Shown: positions 10,974 through 23,177, counted from the stretch's first letter. The stretch is 64,000 bases of DNA from Escherichia coli O127:H6 str. E2348/69 (GCF_000026545.1 NC_011601.1); one strand, 5' to 3'. Numbers and translations are program-made. Notes: generated by a model not told the origin, from the letters alone.

Positions 10974-11789
10974 ATGACGGAAGTTAGACGGCGCGGCAGG
11001 CCAGGACAGGCGGAGCCTGTGGCACAGAAGGGTGCACAGGCGTTAGAGCGGGGAATTGCGATTCTGCAATATCTGGAAAAAAGTGGGGGAAGTTCGTCGG
11101 TTAGCGATATCTCTCTCAATCTGGATTTGCCGCTCTCCACGACCTTTCGCTTGCTGAAGGTTTTACAGGCAGCGGATTTTGTCTATCAGGACAGTCAGTT
11201 AGGCTGGTGGCATATAGGATTAGGTGTCTTTAACGTCGGTGCAGCGTACATCCATAACCGCGATGTCCTCTCCGTCGCCGGGCCGTTTATGCGCCGCCTG
11301 ATGTTACTTTCCGGCGAAACGGTCAATGTCGCGATCCGTAACGGCAATGAAGCGGTATTAATTGGTCAGTTAGAGTGTAAATCGATGGTCAGAATGTGTG
11401 CGCCGCTGGGCAGTCGTCTGCCGCTGCATGCTTCCGGTGCGGGCAAGGCGCTGCTTTATCCGCTGGCGGAAGAAGAGTTGATGAGCATCATTCTGCAAAC
11501 CGGTTTGCAGCAGTTTACGCCAACGACGCTTGTGGATATGCCCACCTTGCTGAAGGACCTGGAACAAGCGCGTGAACTGGGCTATACCGTAGATAAAGAA
11601 GAGCATGTTGTCGGCCTGAATTGCATAGCTTCAGCAATTTACGATGATGTAGGTAGTGTTGTTGCCGCTATCTCCATCTCCGGCCCTTCATCAAGACTGA
11701 CAGAAGATCGTTTTGTCAGTCAGGGTGAGCTGGTCAGAGACACCGCCCGTGATATCAGCACGGCGTTGGGACTGAAAGCACATCCATAG
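10974..11789 (+). CDS. allR: IclR-family repressor AllR
   Basis: 271-aa ORF; IclR-type HTH and effector domain. Confidence 0.9.
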
Positions 11790-11801
11790 TGTCTGTCGTA
11801 T

Positions 11802-11827
11802 CCCGCTCTGCGGAGCGGGTTTTTTTG
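11802..11827 (+). terminator. Rho-independent terminator after allR
   Basis: cccgctc-tgcg-gagcggg hairpin followed by T8. Confidence 0.65.
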
Positions 11828-11841
11828 ACAAAATTTGAGAG

Positions 11842-11858
11842 TTGGAAAATTTTTCCAA
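11842..11858. promoter_or_regulatory. Candidate AllR operator in the gcl promoter
   Basis: Palindrome TTGGAAAATTTTTCCAA about 20 bp upstream of the gcl start; adjacent TTGACA. Confidence 0.6.
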
Positions 11859-11878
11859 TTAATAGAGGTAGGAATAAA

Positions 11879-13660
11879 ATGGCAAAAATGAGAGCCGTTG
11901 ACGCGGCAATGTATGTGCTGGAGAAAGAAGGTATCACCACCGCCTTCGGCGTTCCGGGAGCTGCAATCAATCCGTTCTACTCAGCGATGCGTAAGCACGG
12001 CGGTATTCGTCACATTCTGGCGCGTCATGTGGAAGGCGCTTCGCACATGGCGGAAGGTTATACCCGCGCAACGGCAGGGAATATCGGCGTATGTCTGGGG
12101 ACTTCCGGTCCTGCGGGCACGGACATGATCACCGCGCTCTATTCCGCTTCTGCTGATTCCATTCCTATTCTGTGTATTACCGGCCAGGCCCCGCGCGCCC
12201 GTTTGCATAAAGAAGATTTCCAGGCCGTTGATATTGAAGCAATTGCTAAACCGGTCAGCAAAATGGCGGTTACAGTTCGTGAAGCGGCGCTGGTGCCTCG
12301 TGTGCTGCAACAGGCGTTTCACCTGATGCGTTCTGGTCGCCCGGGTCCGGTACTGGTGGATTTACCGTTCGACGTACAGGTTGCGGAAATCGAGTTTGAT
12401 CCTGATATGTACGAACCGCTGCCGGTCTACAAACCTGCTGCCAGCCGTATGCAGATCGAAAAAGCTGTAAAAATGTTAATCCAGGCCGAACGTCCGGTGA
12501 TTGTTGCCGGAGGCGGGGTAATCAATGCTGACGCAGCTGCACTGTTACAACAGTTTGCTGAACTGACCAGCGTTCCGGTGATCCCAACGCTGATGGGCTG
12601 GGGCTGTATCCCGGACGATCATGAACTGATGGCCGGGATGGTGGGTCTGCAAACCGCGCATCGTTACGGTAACGCAACGTTGCTGGCGTCCGATATGGTG
12701 TTTGGTATCGGTAACCGTTTCGCCAACCGTCATACCGGTTCGGTAGAGAAATACACCGAAGGGCGCAAAATCGTTCATATCGATATTGAGCCGACGCAAA
12801 TTGGCCGCGTGCTGTGTCCGGATCTCGGCATTGTCTCTGATGCTAAAGCGGCGCTGACACTGCTGGTTGAAGTGGCGCAGGAGATGCAAAAAGCGGGTCG
12901 TCTGCCGTGTCGTAAAGAGTGGGTCGCCGACTGCCAGCAGCGCAAACGCACTTTGCTGCGCAAAACCCACTTCGACAACGTGCCGGTGAAACCGCAGCGC
13001 GTGTATGAAGAGATGAACAAAGCTTTTGGCCGCGATGTTTGTTATGTCACCACCATTGGCCTGTCACAAATCGCTGCGGCACAAATGCTGCATGTCTTTA
13101 AAGACCGCCACTGGATCAACTGTGGGCAGGCAGGCCCGCTGGGCTGGACGATTCCGGCGGCGCTGGGGGTTTGTGCCGCTGATCCAGAGCGCAATGTGGT
13201 GGCGATTTCCGGTGACTTCGACTTCCAGTTCCTGATTGAAGAATTAGCCGTTGGCGCACAGTTCAACATTCCGTACATCCATGTACTGGTCAATAACGCC
13301 TATCTGGGTCTGATTCGCCAGTCGCAACGTGCCTTTGATATGGATTACTGCGTACAGCTCGCGTTCGAAAATATTAACTCCAGCGAAGTGAACGGTTATG
13401 GCGTCGACCACGTAAAAGTAGCGGAAGGTTTAGGTTGTAAAGCAATTCGCGTTTTCAAACCGGAAGATATTGCACCAGCCTTTGAACAGGCGAAAATCTT
13501 AATGGCGCAATATCGGGTACCGGTAGTCGTGGAAGTTATTCTCGAGCGTGTGACCAATATTTCGATGGGCAGTGAACTGGATAACGTCATGGAATTTGAA
13601 GATATCGCCGATAACGCCGCGGACGCACCGACTGAAACCTGTTTCATGCACTATGAATAA
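11879..13660 (+). CDS. gcl: Glyoxylate carboligase (tartronate-semialdehyde synthase)
   Basis: ORF 11789..13660; ThDP-enzyme family; start set at [13 protein letters not shown] to give 593 aa as in recalled Gcl. Confidence 0.9.
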   Translation: MAKMRAVDAAMYVLEKEGITTAFGVPGAAINPFYSAMRKHGGIRHILARHVEGASHMAEGYTRATAGNIGVCLGTSGPAGTDMITALYSASADSIPILCITGQAPRARLHKEDFQAVDIEAIAKPVSKMAVTVREAALVPRVLQQAFHLMRSGRPGPVLVDLPFDVQVAEIEFDPDMYEPLPVYKPAASRMQIEKAVKMLIQAERPVIVAGGGVINADAAALLQQFAELTSVPVIPTLMGWGCIPDDHELMAGMVGLQTAHRYGNATLLASDMVFGIGNRFANRHTGSVEKYTEGRKIVHIDIEPTQIGRVLCPDLGIVSDAKAALTLLVEVAQEMQKAGRLPCRKEWVADCQQRKRTLLRKTHFDNVPVKPQRVYEEMNKAFGRDVCYVTTIGLSQIAAAQMLHVFKDRHWINCGQAGPLGWTIPAALGVCAADPERNVVAISGDFDFQFLIEELAVGAQFNIPYIHVLVNNAYLGLIRQSQRAFDMDYCVQLAFENINSSEVNGYGVDHVKVAEGLGCKAIRVFKPEDIAPAFEQAKILMAQYRVPVVVEVILERVTNISMGSELDNVMEFEDIADNAADAPTETCFMHYE

Positions 13661-13672
13661 GGGAGATAAATA

Positions 13673-14449
13673 ATGTTACGTTTCTCTGCTAATTTATCGA
13701 TGTTATTTGGTGAATATGATTTTCTCGCCCGTTTTGAGAAAGCTGCGCAGTGTGGTTTTCGCGGCGTTGAATTTATGTTCCCTTATGACTACGACATTGA
13801 AGAATTAAAACAGGTGCTGGCGAGTAATAAACTCGAACATACGCTGCACAATTTACCGGCAGGTGACTGGGCGGCGGGCGAGCGGGGTATTGCCTGTATT
13901 CCTGGCCGTGAAGAAGAGTTTCGGGATGGCGTAGCAGCAGCGATTCGTTATGCTCGTGCTCTGGGTAATAAAAAAATTAACTGTCTGGTCGGTAAAACGC
14001 CGACTGGTTTCAGCAGTGAACAGATTCACACAACGCTTGTAGAAAACCTGCGTTATGCCGCAAATATGCTGATGAAAGAAGATATTTTATTACTGATTGA
14101 ACCTATTAACCATTTTGATATTCCTGGTTTCCATCTCACCGGAACCCGGCAGGCACTGAAACTGATTGACGATGTTGGTTGCTGCAATTTGAAAATTCAG
14201 TATGACATTTATCACATGCAGCGGATGGAAGGTGAATTAACTAATACCATGACTCAGTGGGCCGATAAAATTGGTCACCTGCAAATTGCTGATAATCCGC
14301 ATCGCGGCGAACCGGGAACCGGAGAAATTAATTACGAATATCTCTTTACGGTAATTGAAAATTCTGACTACAACGGTTGGGTTGGCTGTGAATATAAACC
14401 CCAAACCACCACGGAAGCTGGTTTAGGCTGGATGGATCCGTACCGTTAA
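13673..14449 (+). CDS. hyi: Hydroxypyruvate isomerase
   Basis: 258-aa ORF directly downstream of gcl. Confidence 0.9.
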   Translation: MLRFSANLSMLFGEYDFLARFEKAAQCGFRGVEFMFPYDYDIEELKQVLASNKLEHTLHNLPAGDWAAGERGIACIPGREEEFRDGVAAAIRYARALGNKKINCLVGKTPTGFSSEQIHTTLVENLRYAANMLMKEDILLLIEPINHFDIPGFHLTGTRQALKLIDDVGCCNLKIQYDIYHMQRMEGELTNTMTQWADKIGHLQIADNPHRGEPGTGEINYEYLFTVIENSDYNGWVGCEYKPQTTTEAGLGWMDPYR

Positions 14450-14548
14450 AACGTAACGCTATTCAGACAATGCTTTTTTAGGCCGCTAAGTTGGCAGGGG
14501 ATCGTGTTGTCTGAATTCAGGAAAAGCGAAATTTAAAAGAGGTTAATT

Positions 14549-15427
14549 ATGAAACTGGGATTTATTGGCTTAGGCATTATGGGTACACCGATGGCCATTA
14601 ATCTGGCACGTGCCGGTCATCAACTGCATGTCACAACCATTGGTCCGGTTGCTGATGAATTACTGTCACTGGGCGCCGTTAGTGTTGAAACTGCGCGCCA
14701 GGTAACGGAAGCATCGGACATCATTTTTATTATGGTGCCGGATACGCCACAGGTTGAAGACGTTCTGTTTGGTGAAAATGGTTGTACCAAAGCCTCGCTG
14801 AAGGGCAAAACCATTGTTGATATGAGCTCCATTTCCCCGATTGAAACTAAACGTTTCGCTCGTCAGGTGAATGAACTGGGCGGCGATTATCTCGATGCGC
14901 CAGTCTCCGGCGGTGAAATCGGCGCGCGTGAAGGGACGTTATCGATTATGGTTGGCGGTGATGAAGCAGTATTTGAACGTGTAAAACCGCTGTTTGAACT
15001 GCTCGGTAAAAATATCACTCTCGTGGGCGGTAACGGCGACGGTCAAACCTGCAAAGTGGCAAATCAGATTATCGTGGCGCTCAATATTGAAGCGGTTTCT
15101 GAAGCCTTGTTGTTTGCTTCAAAAGCCGGTGCGGACCCGGTACGTGTGCGCCAGGCGCTGATGGGCGGCTTTGCTTCCTCACGTATTCTGGAAGTTCACG
15201 GTGAGCGCATGATTAAACGCACCTTTAATCCAGGTTTCAAAATTGCGCTGCACCAGAAAGATCTCAACCTGGCACTGCAAAGTGCGAAAGCACTGGCGCT
15301 GAACCTGCCAAACACCGCGACCTGCCAGGAATTGTTTAATACATGTGCGGCAAACGGTGGCAGCCAGTTGGATCACTCTGCGTTAGTGCAGGCGCTGGAA
15401 TTAATGGCTAACCATAAACTGGCCTGA
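14549..15427 (+). CDS. glxR: Tartronate semialdehyde reductase GlxR
   Basis: 292-aa ORF; N-terminal NAD-binding GLGIMG motif. Confidence 0.9.
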   Translation: MKLGFIGLGIMGTPMAINLARAGHQLHVTTIGPVADELLSLGAVSVETARQVTEASDIIFIMVPDTPQVEDVLFGENGCTKASLKGKTIVDMSSISPIETKRFARQVNELGGDYLDAPVSGGEIGAREGTLSIMVGGDEAVFERVKPLFELLGKNITLVGGNGDGQTCKVANQIIVALNIEAVSEALLFASKAGADPVRVRQALMGGFASSRILEVHGERMIKRTFNPGFKIALHQKDLNLALQSAKALALNLPNTATCQELFNTCAANGGSQLDHSALVQALELMANHKLA

Positions 15428-15596
15428 TACCCGCAATAAAAATGGCCGATATCAGAAAATGAATCGGCCAGCAATATTAAAAAAAGAAAGCAGCCAAAGA
15501 TGTTGCTTCAGTATTAAAAATAATATTTTTATTTTATTTGTTCCTCATAGCTAGATTAAAACAACGTTATTCGATACGTGAAATTAAGAGGGATTT

Positions 15597-17051
15597 ATGG
15601 AACATCAGAGAAAATTATTCCAGCAACGCGGCTATAGCGAAGATCTACTGCCGAAAACGCAAAGTCAGCGGACCTGGAAAACATTTAACTATTTTACCTT
15701 ATGGATGGGTTCGGTTCATAACGTTCCCAATTATGTGATGGTTGGCGGCTTTTTTATTCTCGGCTTGTCTACCTTTAGTATTATGCTGGCAATTATCCTC
15801 AGCGCCTTTTTCATTGCCGCGGTAATGGTATTAAACGGTGCTGCGGGCAGTAAATACGGCGTACCGTTTGCCATGATCCTGCGTGCTTCTTACGGCGTAC
15901 GTGGTGCACTGTTTCCCGGATTATTAAGAGGCGGTATTGCTGCCATTATGTGGTTTGGCCTGCAATGTTACGCGGGGTCACTGGCCTGCTTGATTCTGAT
16001 TGGCAAAATCTGGCCGGGATTTTTGACTCTCGGTGGCGATTTCACACTGTTAGGCCTTTCTCTACCGGGCTTAATTACTTTTTTACTCTTCTGGCTGGTT
16101 AACGTTGGTATTGGTTTTGGCGGCGGAAAAGTTTTAAATAAATTCACTGCCATTCTTAACCCGTGCATCTATATCGTTTTCGGCGGTATGGCGATTTGGG
16201 CGATTTCGCTGGTCGGGATCGGTCCAATCTTTGACTACATTCCGGGCGGTATTCAGAAAGCAGAAAACAGTGGCTTCCTGTTTCTGGTGGTGATAAACGC
16301 GGTGGTTGCGGTCTGGGCGGCACCGGCGGTGAGCGCATCCGACTTTACGCAAAACGCCCACTCGTTTCGTGAGCAGGCGTTGGGGCAAACGCTGGGTTTA
16401 GTTGTGGCCTATATTCTGTTTGCGGTCGCCGGGGTATGTATTATTGCCGGAGCCAGTATTCATTACGGCGCTGACACCTGGAACGTGCTGGATATTGTTC
16501 AGCGTTGGGACAGCCTGTTCGCCTCGTTCTTTGCGGTACTGGTTATTCTGATGACGACTATCTCTACTAACGCCACCGGTAATATTATTCCGGCTGGTTA
16601 TCAGATTGCCGCCATTGCACCGACGAAACTGACCTATAAAAACGGCGTACTGATTGCCAGTATTATCAGCCTGCTGATCTGCCCGTGGAAATTAATGGAA
16701 AATCAGGACAGTATTTATCTGTTCCTCGATATTATCGGCGGAATGCTTGGTCCGGTAATTGGTGTGATGATGGCGCATTATTTTGTGGTGATGCGTGGGC
16801 AAATTAATCTTGATGAACTGTACACCGCACCTGGCGATTATAAATATTACGATAACGGTTTTAACCTCACCGCGTTTTCAGTAACTCTGGTGGCCGTTAT
16901 TTTATCTCTTGGCGGTAAGTTTATTCCCTTTATGGAACCGTTATCACGTGTTTCATGGTTTGTCGGCGTCATCGTCGCCTTTGCGGCCTACGCCTTATTA
17001 AAGAAACGTACAACAGCAGAAAAAACAGGAGAACAAAAAACCATAGGTTAA
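15597..17051 (+). CDS. ybbW: Putative allantoin permease (NCS1 family) YbbW
   Basis: 484-aa polytopic membrane protein inside the allantoin cluster. Confidence 0.85.
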   Translation: MEHQRKLFQQRGYSEDLLPKTQSQRTWKTFNYFTLWMGSVHNVPNYVMVGGFFILGLSTFSIMLAIILSAFFIAAVMVLNGAAGSKYGVPFAMILRASYGVRGALFPGLLRGGIAAIMWFGLQCYAGSLACLILIGKIWPGFLTLGGDFTLLGLSLPGLITFLLFWLVNVGIGFGGGKVLNKFTAILNPCIYIVFGGMAIWAISLVGIGPIFDYIPGGIQKAENSGFLFLVVINAVVAVWAAPAVSASDFTQNAHSFREQALGQTLGLVVAYILFAVAGVCIIAGASIHYGADTWNVLDIVQRWDSLFASFFAVLVILMTTISTNATGNIIPAGYQIAAIAPTKLTYKNGVLIASIISLLICPWKLMENQDSIYLFLDIIGGMLGPVIGVMMAHYFVVMRGQINLDELYTAPGDYKYYDNGFNLTAFSVTLVAVILSLGGKFIPFMEPLSRVSWFVGVIVAFAAYALLKKRTTAEKTGEQKTIG

Positions 17052-17110
17052 TTAATCACGATATTGAACATTGAGTTAAAAACCAATCTGTATTTTACAA
17101 GGAGTTTGTT

Positions 17111-18472
17111 ATGTCTTTTGATTTAATCATTAAAAACGGCACCGTTATTTTAGAAAACGAAGCTCGCGTTGTAGATATCGCCGTTAAAGACGGAAAAATT
17201 GCTGCTATCGGTCAGGATCTGGGCGATGCAAAAGACGTTATGGATGCGTCTGGTCTGGTGGTTTCGCCGGGCATGGTTGATGCGCACACCCATATTTCTG
17301 AACCGGGTCGCAGCCACTGGGAAGGTTATGAAACCGGTACTCGCGCAGCAGCAAAAGGTGGTATCACCACCATGATCGAAATGCCGCTCAACCAGCTGCC
17401 TGCAACGGTTGACCGCGCCTCAATTGAACTGAAGTTCGATGCCGCTAAAGGAAAGCTGACTATCGATGCGGCACAACTCGGTGGCCTGGTGTCTTACAAC
17501 ATTGACCGTCTGCATGAGTTGGATGAAGTGGGTGTTGTCGGTTTCAAATGCTTCGTTGCGACCTGTGGCGATCGCGGTATCGACAACGACTTCCGTGACG
17601 TCAATGACTGGCAATTCTTCAAAGGCGCGCAGAAGCTGGGTGAACTAGGCCAGCCGGTGCTGGTGCACTGCGAAAACGCGCTGATCTGTGACGCACTGGG
17701 CGAAGAAGCGAAGCGTGAAGGTCGCGTAACTGCCCATGACTATGTGGCTTCGCGTCCGGTATTTACCGAAGTGGAAGCGATTCGCCGCGTACTGTACCTG
17801 GCGAAAGTCGCTGGTTGCCGTCTGCACGTTTGCCACGTCAGCAGCCCGGAAGGTGTTGAGGAAGTGACTCGTGCACGTCAGGAAGGTCAGGATGTTACTT
17901 GTGAATCCTGCCCGCATTACTTTGTGCTGGATACCGATCAGTTCGAAGAAATCGGTACTCTGGCGAAGTGTTCACCGCCGATCCGCGATCTGGAAAACCA
18001 GAAAGGCATGTGGGAAAAACTGTTTAACGGTGAAATAGACTGCCTGGTTTCCGACCACTCTCCATGCCCGCCGGAAATGAAAGCCGGTAACATCATGAAA
18101 GCGTGGGGCGGTATCGCTGGTCTGCAAAGCTGCATGGACGTGATGTTCGATGAAGCGGTACAGAAACGCGGAATGTCTCTGCCAATGTTCGGCAAATTAA
18201 TGGCGACTAACGCAGCAGATATTTTCGGTCTGCAGCAAAAAGGCCGTATCGCCCCAGGAAAAGATGCCGACTTCGTCTTCATTCAGCCGAATAGCAGCTA
18301 TGTTCTTACCAATGACGATCTGGAATATCGCCACAAAGTCAGCCCGTATGTTGGCCGTACTATTGGCGCGCGTATCACGAAAACCATCTTACGTGGTGAT
18401 GTGATTTACGATATCGAACAGGGCTTCCCTGTTGCGCCGAAAGGTCAATTTATCCTTAAACATCAGCAGTAA
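17111..18472 (+). CDS. allB: Allantoinase AllB
   Basis: 453-aa cyclic amidohydrolase with metal-binding DAHTH motif. Confidence 0.9.
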
Positions 18473-18521
18473 TCTGGCCCTGCAATGCCCGTCCTTGTGG
18501 CGGGCATTCTCCGGTTAAGGT

Positions 18522-19829
18522 GTGTTTATGTTCAATTTTGCAGTGGGCCGCGAAAGCCTGTTATCAGGATTTCAGTGGTTTTTCTTTATTTTTTGCAACA
18601 CGGTTGTGGTTCCTCCTACGCTACTTTCTGCTTTTCAGTTGCCTCAAAGTAGCCTGCTTACGCTCACGCAATATGCTTTTCTTGCTACCGCACTGGCCTG
18701 CTTCGCTCAGGCGTTCTGCGGTCATCGTCGCGCTATTATGGAGGGGCCGGGCGGCCTGTGGTGGGGAACCATCCTGACTATCACCCTTGGCGAAGCATCG
18801 CGCGGGACACCGATCAACGATATCGCTACCAGTCTGGCGGTGGGGATTGCGCTCTCCGGCGTGCTGACGATGTTGATTGGTTTTAGCGGATTAGGCCATC
18901 GCCTGGCACGGTTATTTACGCCGTCTGTGATGGTCTTGTTTATGTTGATGCTGGGTGCGCAACTGACCACTATCTTTTTCAAAGGTATGCTCGGGCTGCC
19001 GTTTGGCATAGCCGACCCGAATTTTAAAATTCAATTACCGCCGTTCGCGCTCTCGGTGGCGGTGATGTGCCTGGTACTGGCGATGATTATTTTCCTGCCA
19101 CAACGTTTTGCCCGTTACGGCCTGCTGGTCGGTACGATAACCGGCTGGTTGTTGTGGTACTTTTGCTTTCCTTCTTCGCATTCGCTCTCCGGTGAGTTGC
19201 ACTGGCAGTGGTTCCCGCTCGGCAGTGGCGGTGCTTTGTCGCCGGGGATTATTCTGACGGCGGTGATTACAGGTCTGGTAAATATCAGCAATACCTACGG
19301 TGCGATTCGGGGCACGGATGTTTTTTATCCGCAGCAGGGCGCGGGGAATACGCGTTATCGTCGCAGCTTTGTGGCGACCGGATTTATGACACTGATAACC
19401 GTGCCGCTGGCAGTAATTCCATTTTCACCGTTTGTTTCATCCATTGGTTTATTAACCCAGACTGGCGATTACACGCGGCGTTCGTTTATTTATGGCAGCG
19501 TTATTTGCCTGCTGGTGGCACTGGTTCCGGCACTCACGCGACTGTTTTGCAGTATCCCTTTACCCGTGAGTAGCGCGGTCATGCTGGTTTCTTATCTGCC
19601 TTTACTCTTTTCCGCGCTGGTGTTTAGCCAGCAAATAACGTTTACCGCTCGCAATATTTATCGACTCGCATTGCCGTTATTTGTCGGCATATTTTTAATG
19701 GCATTACCGCCTGTGTATCTGCAAGACCTTCCATTAACGCTTCGTCCTCTGCTCAGTAACGGCTTACTGGTCGGAATTTTACTGGCTGTTCTTATGGATA
19801 ATCTTATTCCGTGGGAACGCATCGAATAA
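18522..19829 (+). CDS. ybbY: Putative purine/uracil permease-family transporter YbbY
   Basis: 435-aa hydrophobic ORF at the ybbY position. Confidence 0.8.
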   Translation: MFMFNFAVGRESLLSGFQWFFFIFCNTVVVPPTLLSAFQLPQSSLLTLTQYAFLATALACFAQAFCGHRRAIMEGPGGLWWGTILTITLGEASRGTPINDIATSLAVGIALSGVLTMLIGFSGLGHRLARLFTPSVMVLFMLMLGAQLTTIFFKGMLGLPFGIADPNFKIQLPPFALSVAVMCLVLAMIIFLPQRFARYGLLVGTITGWLLWYFCFPSSHSLSGELHWQWFPLGSGGALSPGIILTAVITGLVNISNTYGAIRGTDVFYPQQGAGNTRYRRSFVATGFMTLITVPLAVIPFSPFVSSIGLLTQTGDYTRRSFIYGSVICLLVALVPALTRLFCSIPLPVSSAVMLVSYLPLLFSALVFSQQITFTARNIYRLALPLFVGIFLMALPPVYLQDLPLTLRPLLSNGLLVGILLAVLMDNLIPWERIE

Positions 19830-19850
19830 TTTGTTGAAAAAGGATTGATA

Positions 19851-20996
19851 ATGAAGATTGTCATTGCGCCAGACTCTTTTAAAGAGAGCTTAAGTGCAGA
19901 AAAATGTTGTCAGGCAATTAAAGCCGGGTTTTCGACCCTCTTTCCCGATGCGCACTATATCTGTTTGCCGATAGCGGATGGCGGCGAAGGGACGGTGGAG
20001 GCGATGGTTGCCGCGACGGACGGTAACATCGTGAAGCTTGAAGTCTGTGGACCGATGGGCGAAACAGTGAATGCTTTTTATGGCCTTACCGGCGACGGGA
20101 AAACGGCAGTGATTGAGATGGCGGCAGCAAGTGGCCTGATGCTGGTCGCGCCTGAAAAGCGTAATCCGTTGCTGGCCTCCAGTTTTGGTACGGGGGAGTT
20201 AATTCGCCATGCGCTGGATAACGGCATTCGCCATATTATTCTCGGCATTGGCGGCAGTGCGACGGTCGACGGCGGTATGGGCATGGCGCAGGCGCTCGGT
20301 GTGCGTTTCCTTGATGCCGACGGTCAGCCGCTGGCGGCTAACGGCGGCAATTTAGCGCGCGTGGCAAGTATTGAGATGAATGAATGCGATCCGCGTCTGG
20401 CGAACTGTCATATTGAAGTCGCATGTGATGTTGATAACCCGCTGGTAGGGGCACGCGGCGCGGCGGCGGTGTTTGGCCCGCAAAAAGGGGCAACGCCGGA
20501 GATGGTCGAAGAGCTGGAACAGGGGCTGCAAAATTACGCCCGTGTTTTACAACAGCTAACTGAAATCAACGTCTGCCAGATGGCGGGTGGTGGCGCGGCG
20601 GGCGGTATGGGCATTGCGGCGGCGGTATTCCTCAATGCGGATATTAAACCGGGTATTGAGATTGTGTTGAATGCGGTCAATCTTGCGCAGGCAGTGCAGG
20701 GTGCAGCACTGGTGATCACCGGGGAAGGGCGCATCGACTCGCAAACGGCAGGCGGTAAAGCGCCGCTGGGTGTGGCATCGGTGGCGAAGCAGTTTAATGT
20801 CCCGGTGATTGGGATTGCTGGCGTATTGGGTGATGGCGTGGAAGTGGTGCACCAGTACGGCATTGACGCGGTATTCAGCATTTTGCCTCGTCTGGCACCT
20901 TTAGCCGAAGTGCTCGCCAGCGGTGAAACCAATCTCTTCAACAGCGCGCGTAATATTGCCTGCGCCATTAAAATAGGTCAGGGAATTAAAAACTGA
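19851..20996 (+). CDS. glxK: Glycerate 2-kinase GlxK
   Basis: ORF 19845..20996; start set at [14 protein letters not shown] matching recalled GlxK (381 aa). Confidence 0.85.
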   Translation: MKIVIAPDSFKESLSAEKCCQAIKAGFSTLFPDAHYICLPIADGGEGTVEAMVAATDGNIVKLEVCGPMGETVNAFYGLTGDGKTAVIEMAAASGLMLVAPEKRNPLLASSFGTGELIRHALDNGIRHIILGIGGSATVDGGMGMAQALGVRFLDADGQPLAANGGNLARVASIEMNECDPRLANCHIEVACDVDNPLVGARGAAAVFGPQKGATPEMVEELEQGLQNYARVLQQLTEINVCQMAGGGAAGGMGIAAAVFLNADIKPGIEIVLNAVNLAQAVQGAALVITGEGRIDSQTAGGKAPLGVASVAKQFNVPVIGIAGVLGDGVEVVHQYGIDAVFSILPRLAPLAEVLASGETNLFNSARNIACAIKIGQGIKN

Positions 20997-21013
20997 CTAT
21001 TACCTTTAAAGCG

Positions 21014-21040
21014 GATGCGATTTATATCGCATCTTTTTTT
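21014..21040 (+). terminator. Rho-independent terminator after glxK
   Basis: gatgcgat-ttat-atcgcatc hairpin followed by T7. Confidence 0.6.
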
Positions 21041-21124
21041 ACCTGAATTGACTACAAAAAAAGCCACGGAATAAACCGTGGCAAAATCCAACATAGCTAA
21101 AAATAATCAGGCGAGTGGTATGAC

Positions 21125-21910
21125 TTAAATCTCTACGTCGCGGTTGCAATCTTTCGAGTAAATATAGCTGAACGCTTCACCACGCCCCACGCCATAACCG
21201 GCCTGTAAGGAATAAGCGCCCATAAAGATGTAATCGCCTTTTTTCACCGGGATCCAGTTATTGTCGAGGTTATAAACCCCCTGACCGGAAAGAATATAGG
21301 CACCGTGTTCCTGAACGTGTGTTTCGATATAACCATGGCTGGCACCTGGCGCAAAAGAGAGGATATGCATGTTCATATCAAAACCTAACTCTTTGGGCAG
21401 AAAATCCAGCAGAATAACATCGTCCATGCCTTCATAATGAATGCGTTCCAGTTCGCTGGCATTGCCAGAAACCAGCCACGGCGCATGACCTTCTACCGGA
21501 ATATAGCGACGCTTATATAAAAAGATTTGGCTGTCTTCGGCCTGGGCGTTAACAAACGTCATTAAGGAGCCTGGCGGGCAATAAAGATAGCCACCTTCAC
21601 TTAAGGTAAATGTTTTCCCTTCGGCTTTGGCAGTGATATTTCCAGAGATCACATACAGGAACGTTTCAATGCCTTCGCCACCGAAGCCCTGTTGGTTGCC
21701 GCCGTTTTGATGCAGTGTGACCAGATAATCAACAAAAGAGGCACCCAGCTTTGGCGTGGAGAGGATTGTCGCGTCACAATTTTCAAAGCCCGGAATAATA
21801 TTTTTTACCAGACCGTCTGGTGTTAACAGTGCGAAATTACCGTGTTTCACAATCGCACGGTTAGCCAGTAAATCATCGCGGTAACCGGTGACGTTATTTA
21901 AATATCCCAT
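21125..21910 (-). CDS. allE: (S)-ureidoglycine aminohydrolase AllE (YlbA), bicupin
   Basis: 261-aa ORF downstream of allC in the allDCE operon. Confidence 0.85.
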   Translation of the reverse strand: MGYLNNVTGYRDDLLANRAIVKHGNFALLTPDGLVKNIIPGFENCDATILSTPKLGASFVDYLVTLHQNGGNQQGFGGEGIETFLYVISGNITAKAEGKTFTLSEGGYLYCPPGSLMTFVNAQAEDSQIFLYKRRYIPVEGHAPWLVSGNASELERIHYEGMDDVILLDFLPKELGFDMNMHILSFAPGASHGYIETHVQEHGAYILSGQGVYNLDNNWIPVKKGDYIFMGAYSLQAGYGVGRGEAFSYIYSKDCNRDVEI

Positions 21911-21920
21911 TTATAACTCC

Positions 21921-23156
21921 TTATTTCTGCCAGGCAAGTTGATAAAGCATGAGTGCCAACGTTTTGACCCCTTCGGCAAGGTCGGTAATATTGGTGCGTT
22001 CCGCCGGGTTATGGCTGATCCCGTTGATGCTGGGAATGAAAATCATGCAGGTCGGCACGCGAGGCGCGAAAATTTGCGCGTCGTGCCCGGCACCACTGTG
22101 CATCACCCGGTAATTCAGTTTTTCGCTTTCACACAATTCTGTCAGGGTGGCGACCAACTCCTTATTCATCGGCACGGGTTCTTCGTCCATCCATAAATCG
22201 ATATCAATACCAATATCCATTTCATCGCAAATCGCCCGCATGTCGTTTTCTAACTGTTGGGTGAAATCGCGCAGCACGGTAGCGTCGGTATGACGACAAT
22301 CAATGGTGAACGTGGTTTTACCCGGCACTACATTCACCGTATTCGGGCGCGGCTCTACTTTGCCAAAGGTCAGAACCAGCGGGTCGCCCATCTTTTTCGC
22401 TTTTTCGACAGACTGATGGCAAATGCGACTGAAAGCGTAAACCGTATCACGACGATAACCCATCGGCGTGGTGCCTGCATGGTTTGATTCGCCATTCAGC
22501 GTCACCGTATAACGACGCTGCCCGACAATTGCATTCACCACGCCAATTGATTGCCCATTACTTTCCAGCACACAGCCCTGTTCGATATGCAGTTCGACAA
22601 AGGCTTTAATATCCTGACGCGGAGTTAGTGGGGCGTTCGGCAGAGTAAATCCGCAAGCCTTCATCGCATCGACAAAACTATTTCCTTTGGCATCACAGAT
22701 ATTCCGCACGTCGTCAGGATTCGACAGCCCAAAAATATTTTTACTGCCCCAGAAAACATACGGGAAGCGGCTGCCTTCTTCTTCTGCCATCGCCACCACT
22801 TCGACCGTACGTAACGGCGCGCCGTATTGCGTTTTCAGCCAGTCAATAGCCAGCCACGCCGCCAGCGCACCGAATTGCCCGTCGAGGTTACCGCCGTTAA
22901 CCACGGTATCGATATGCGAACCGCTCAGAACCACTTCCTGTGGATATTCGGTGCCACTCAGGCGACCGTATAAATTCCCCACTTCATCGAAACGTGTTTC
23001 CAGCCCGCTTGCTGCCATTCTTTTTTTAAACTGCTGCTGGGTTTCCAGCCATTCCGGCGAATAAAGTAAACGGGTCATCCCACCCGCTGGGTCAGCGCCA
23101 AAAGAGGAAAGCCAGGGCAGCGTTTCTTCTATAGCTTGACGGAAATGTGTAATCAT
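21921..23156 (-). CDS. allC: Allantoate amidohydrolase AllC
   Basis: ORF 21921..23174; M20-family peptidase fold; start set at MITHFRQAIEETL to give 411 aa. Confidence 0.85.
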   Translation of the reverse strand: MITHFRQAIEETLPWLSSFGADPAGGMTRLLYSPEWLETQQQFKKRMAASGLETRFDEVGNLYGRLSGTEYPQEVVLSGSHIDTVVNGGNLDGQFGALAAWLAIDWLKTQYGAPLRTVEVVAMAEEEGSRFPYVFWGSKNIFGLSNPDDVRNICDAKGNSFVDAMKACGFTLPNAPLTPRQDIKAFVELHIEQGCVLESNGQSIGVVNAIVGQRRYTVTLNGESNHAGTTPMGYRRDTVYAFSRICHQSVEKAKKMGDPLVLTFGKVEPRPNTVNVVPGKTTFTIDCRHTDATVLRDFTQQLENDMRAICDEMDIGIDIDLWMDEEPVPMNKELVATLTELCESEKLNYRVMHSGAGHDAQIFAPRVPTCMIFIPSINGISHNPAERTNITDLAEGVKTLALMLYQLAWQK

Positions 23157-23177
23157 AAGAAAGTCCTGTCTCAATAA

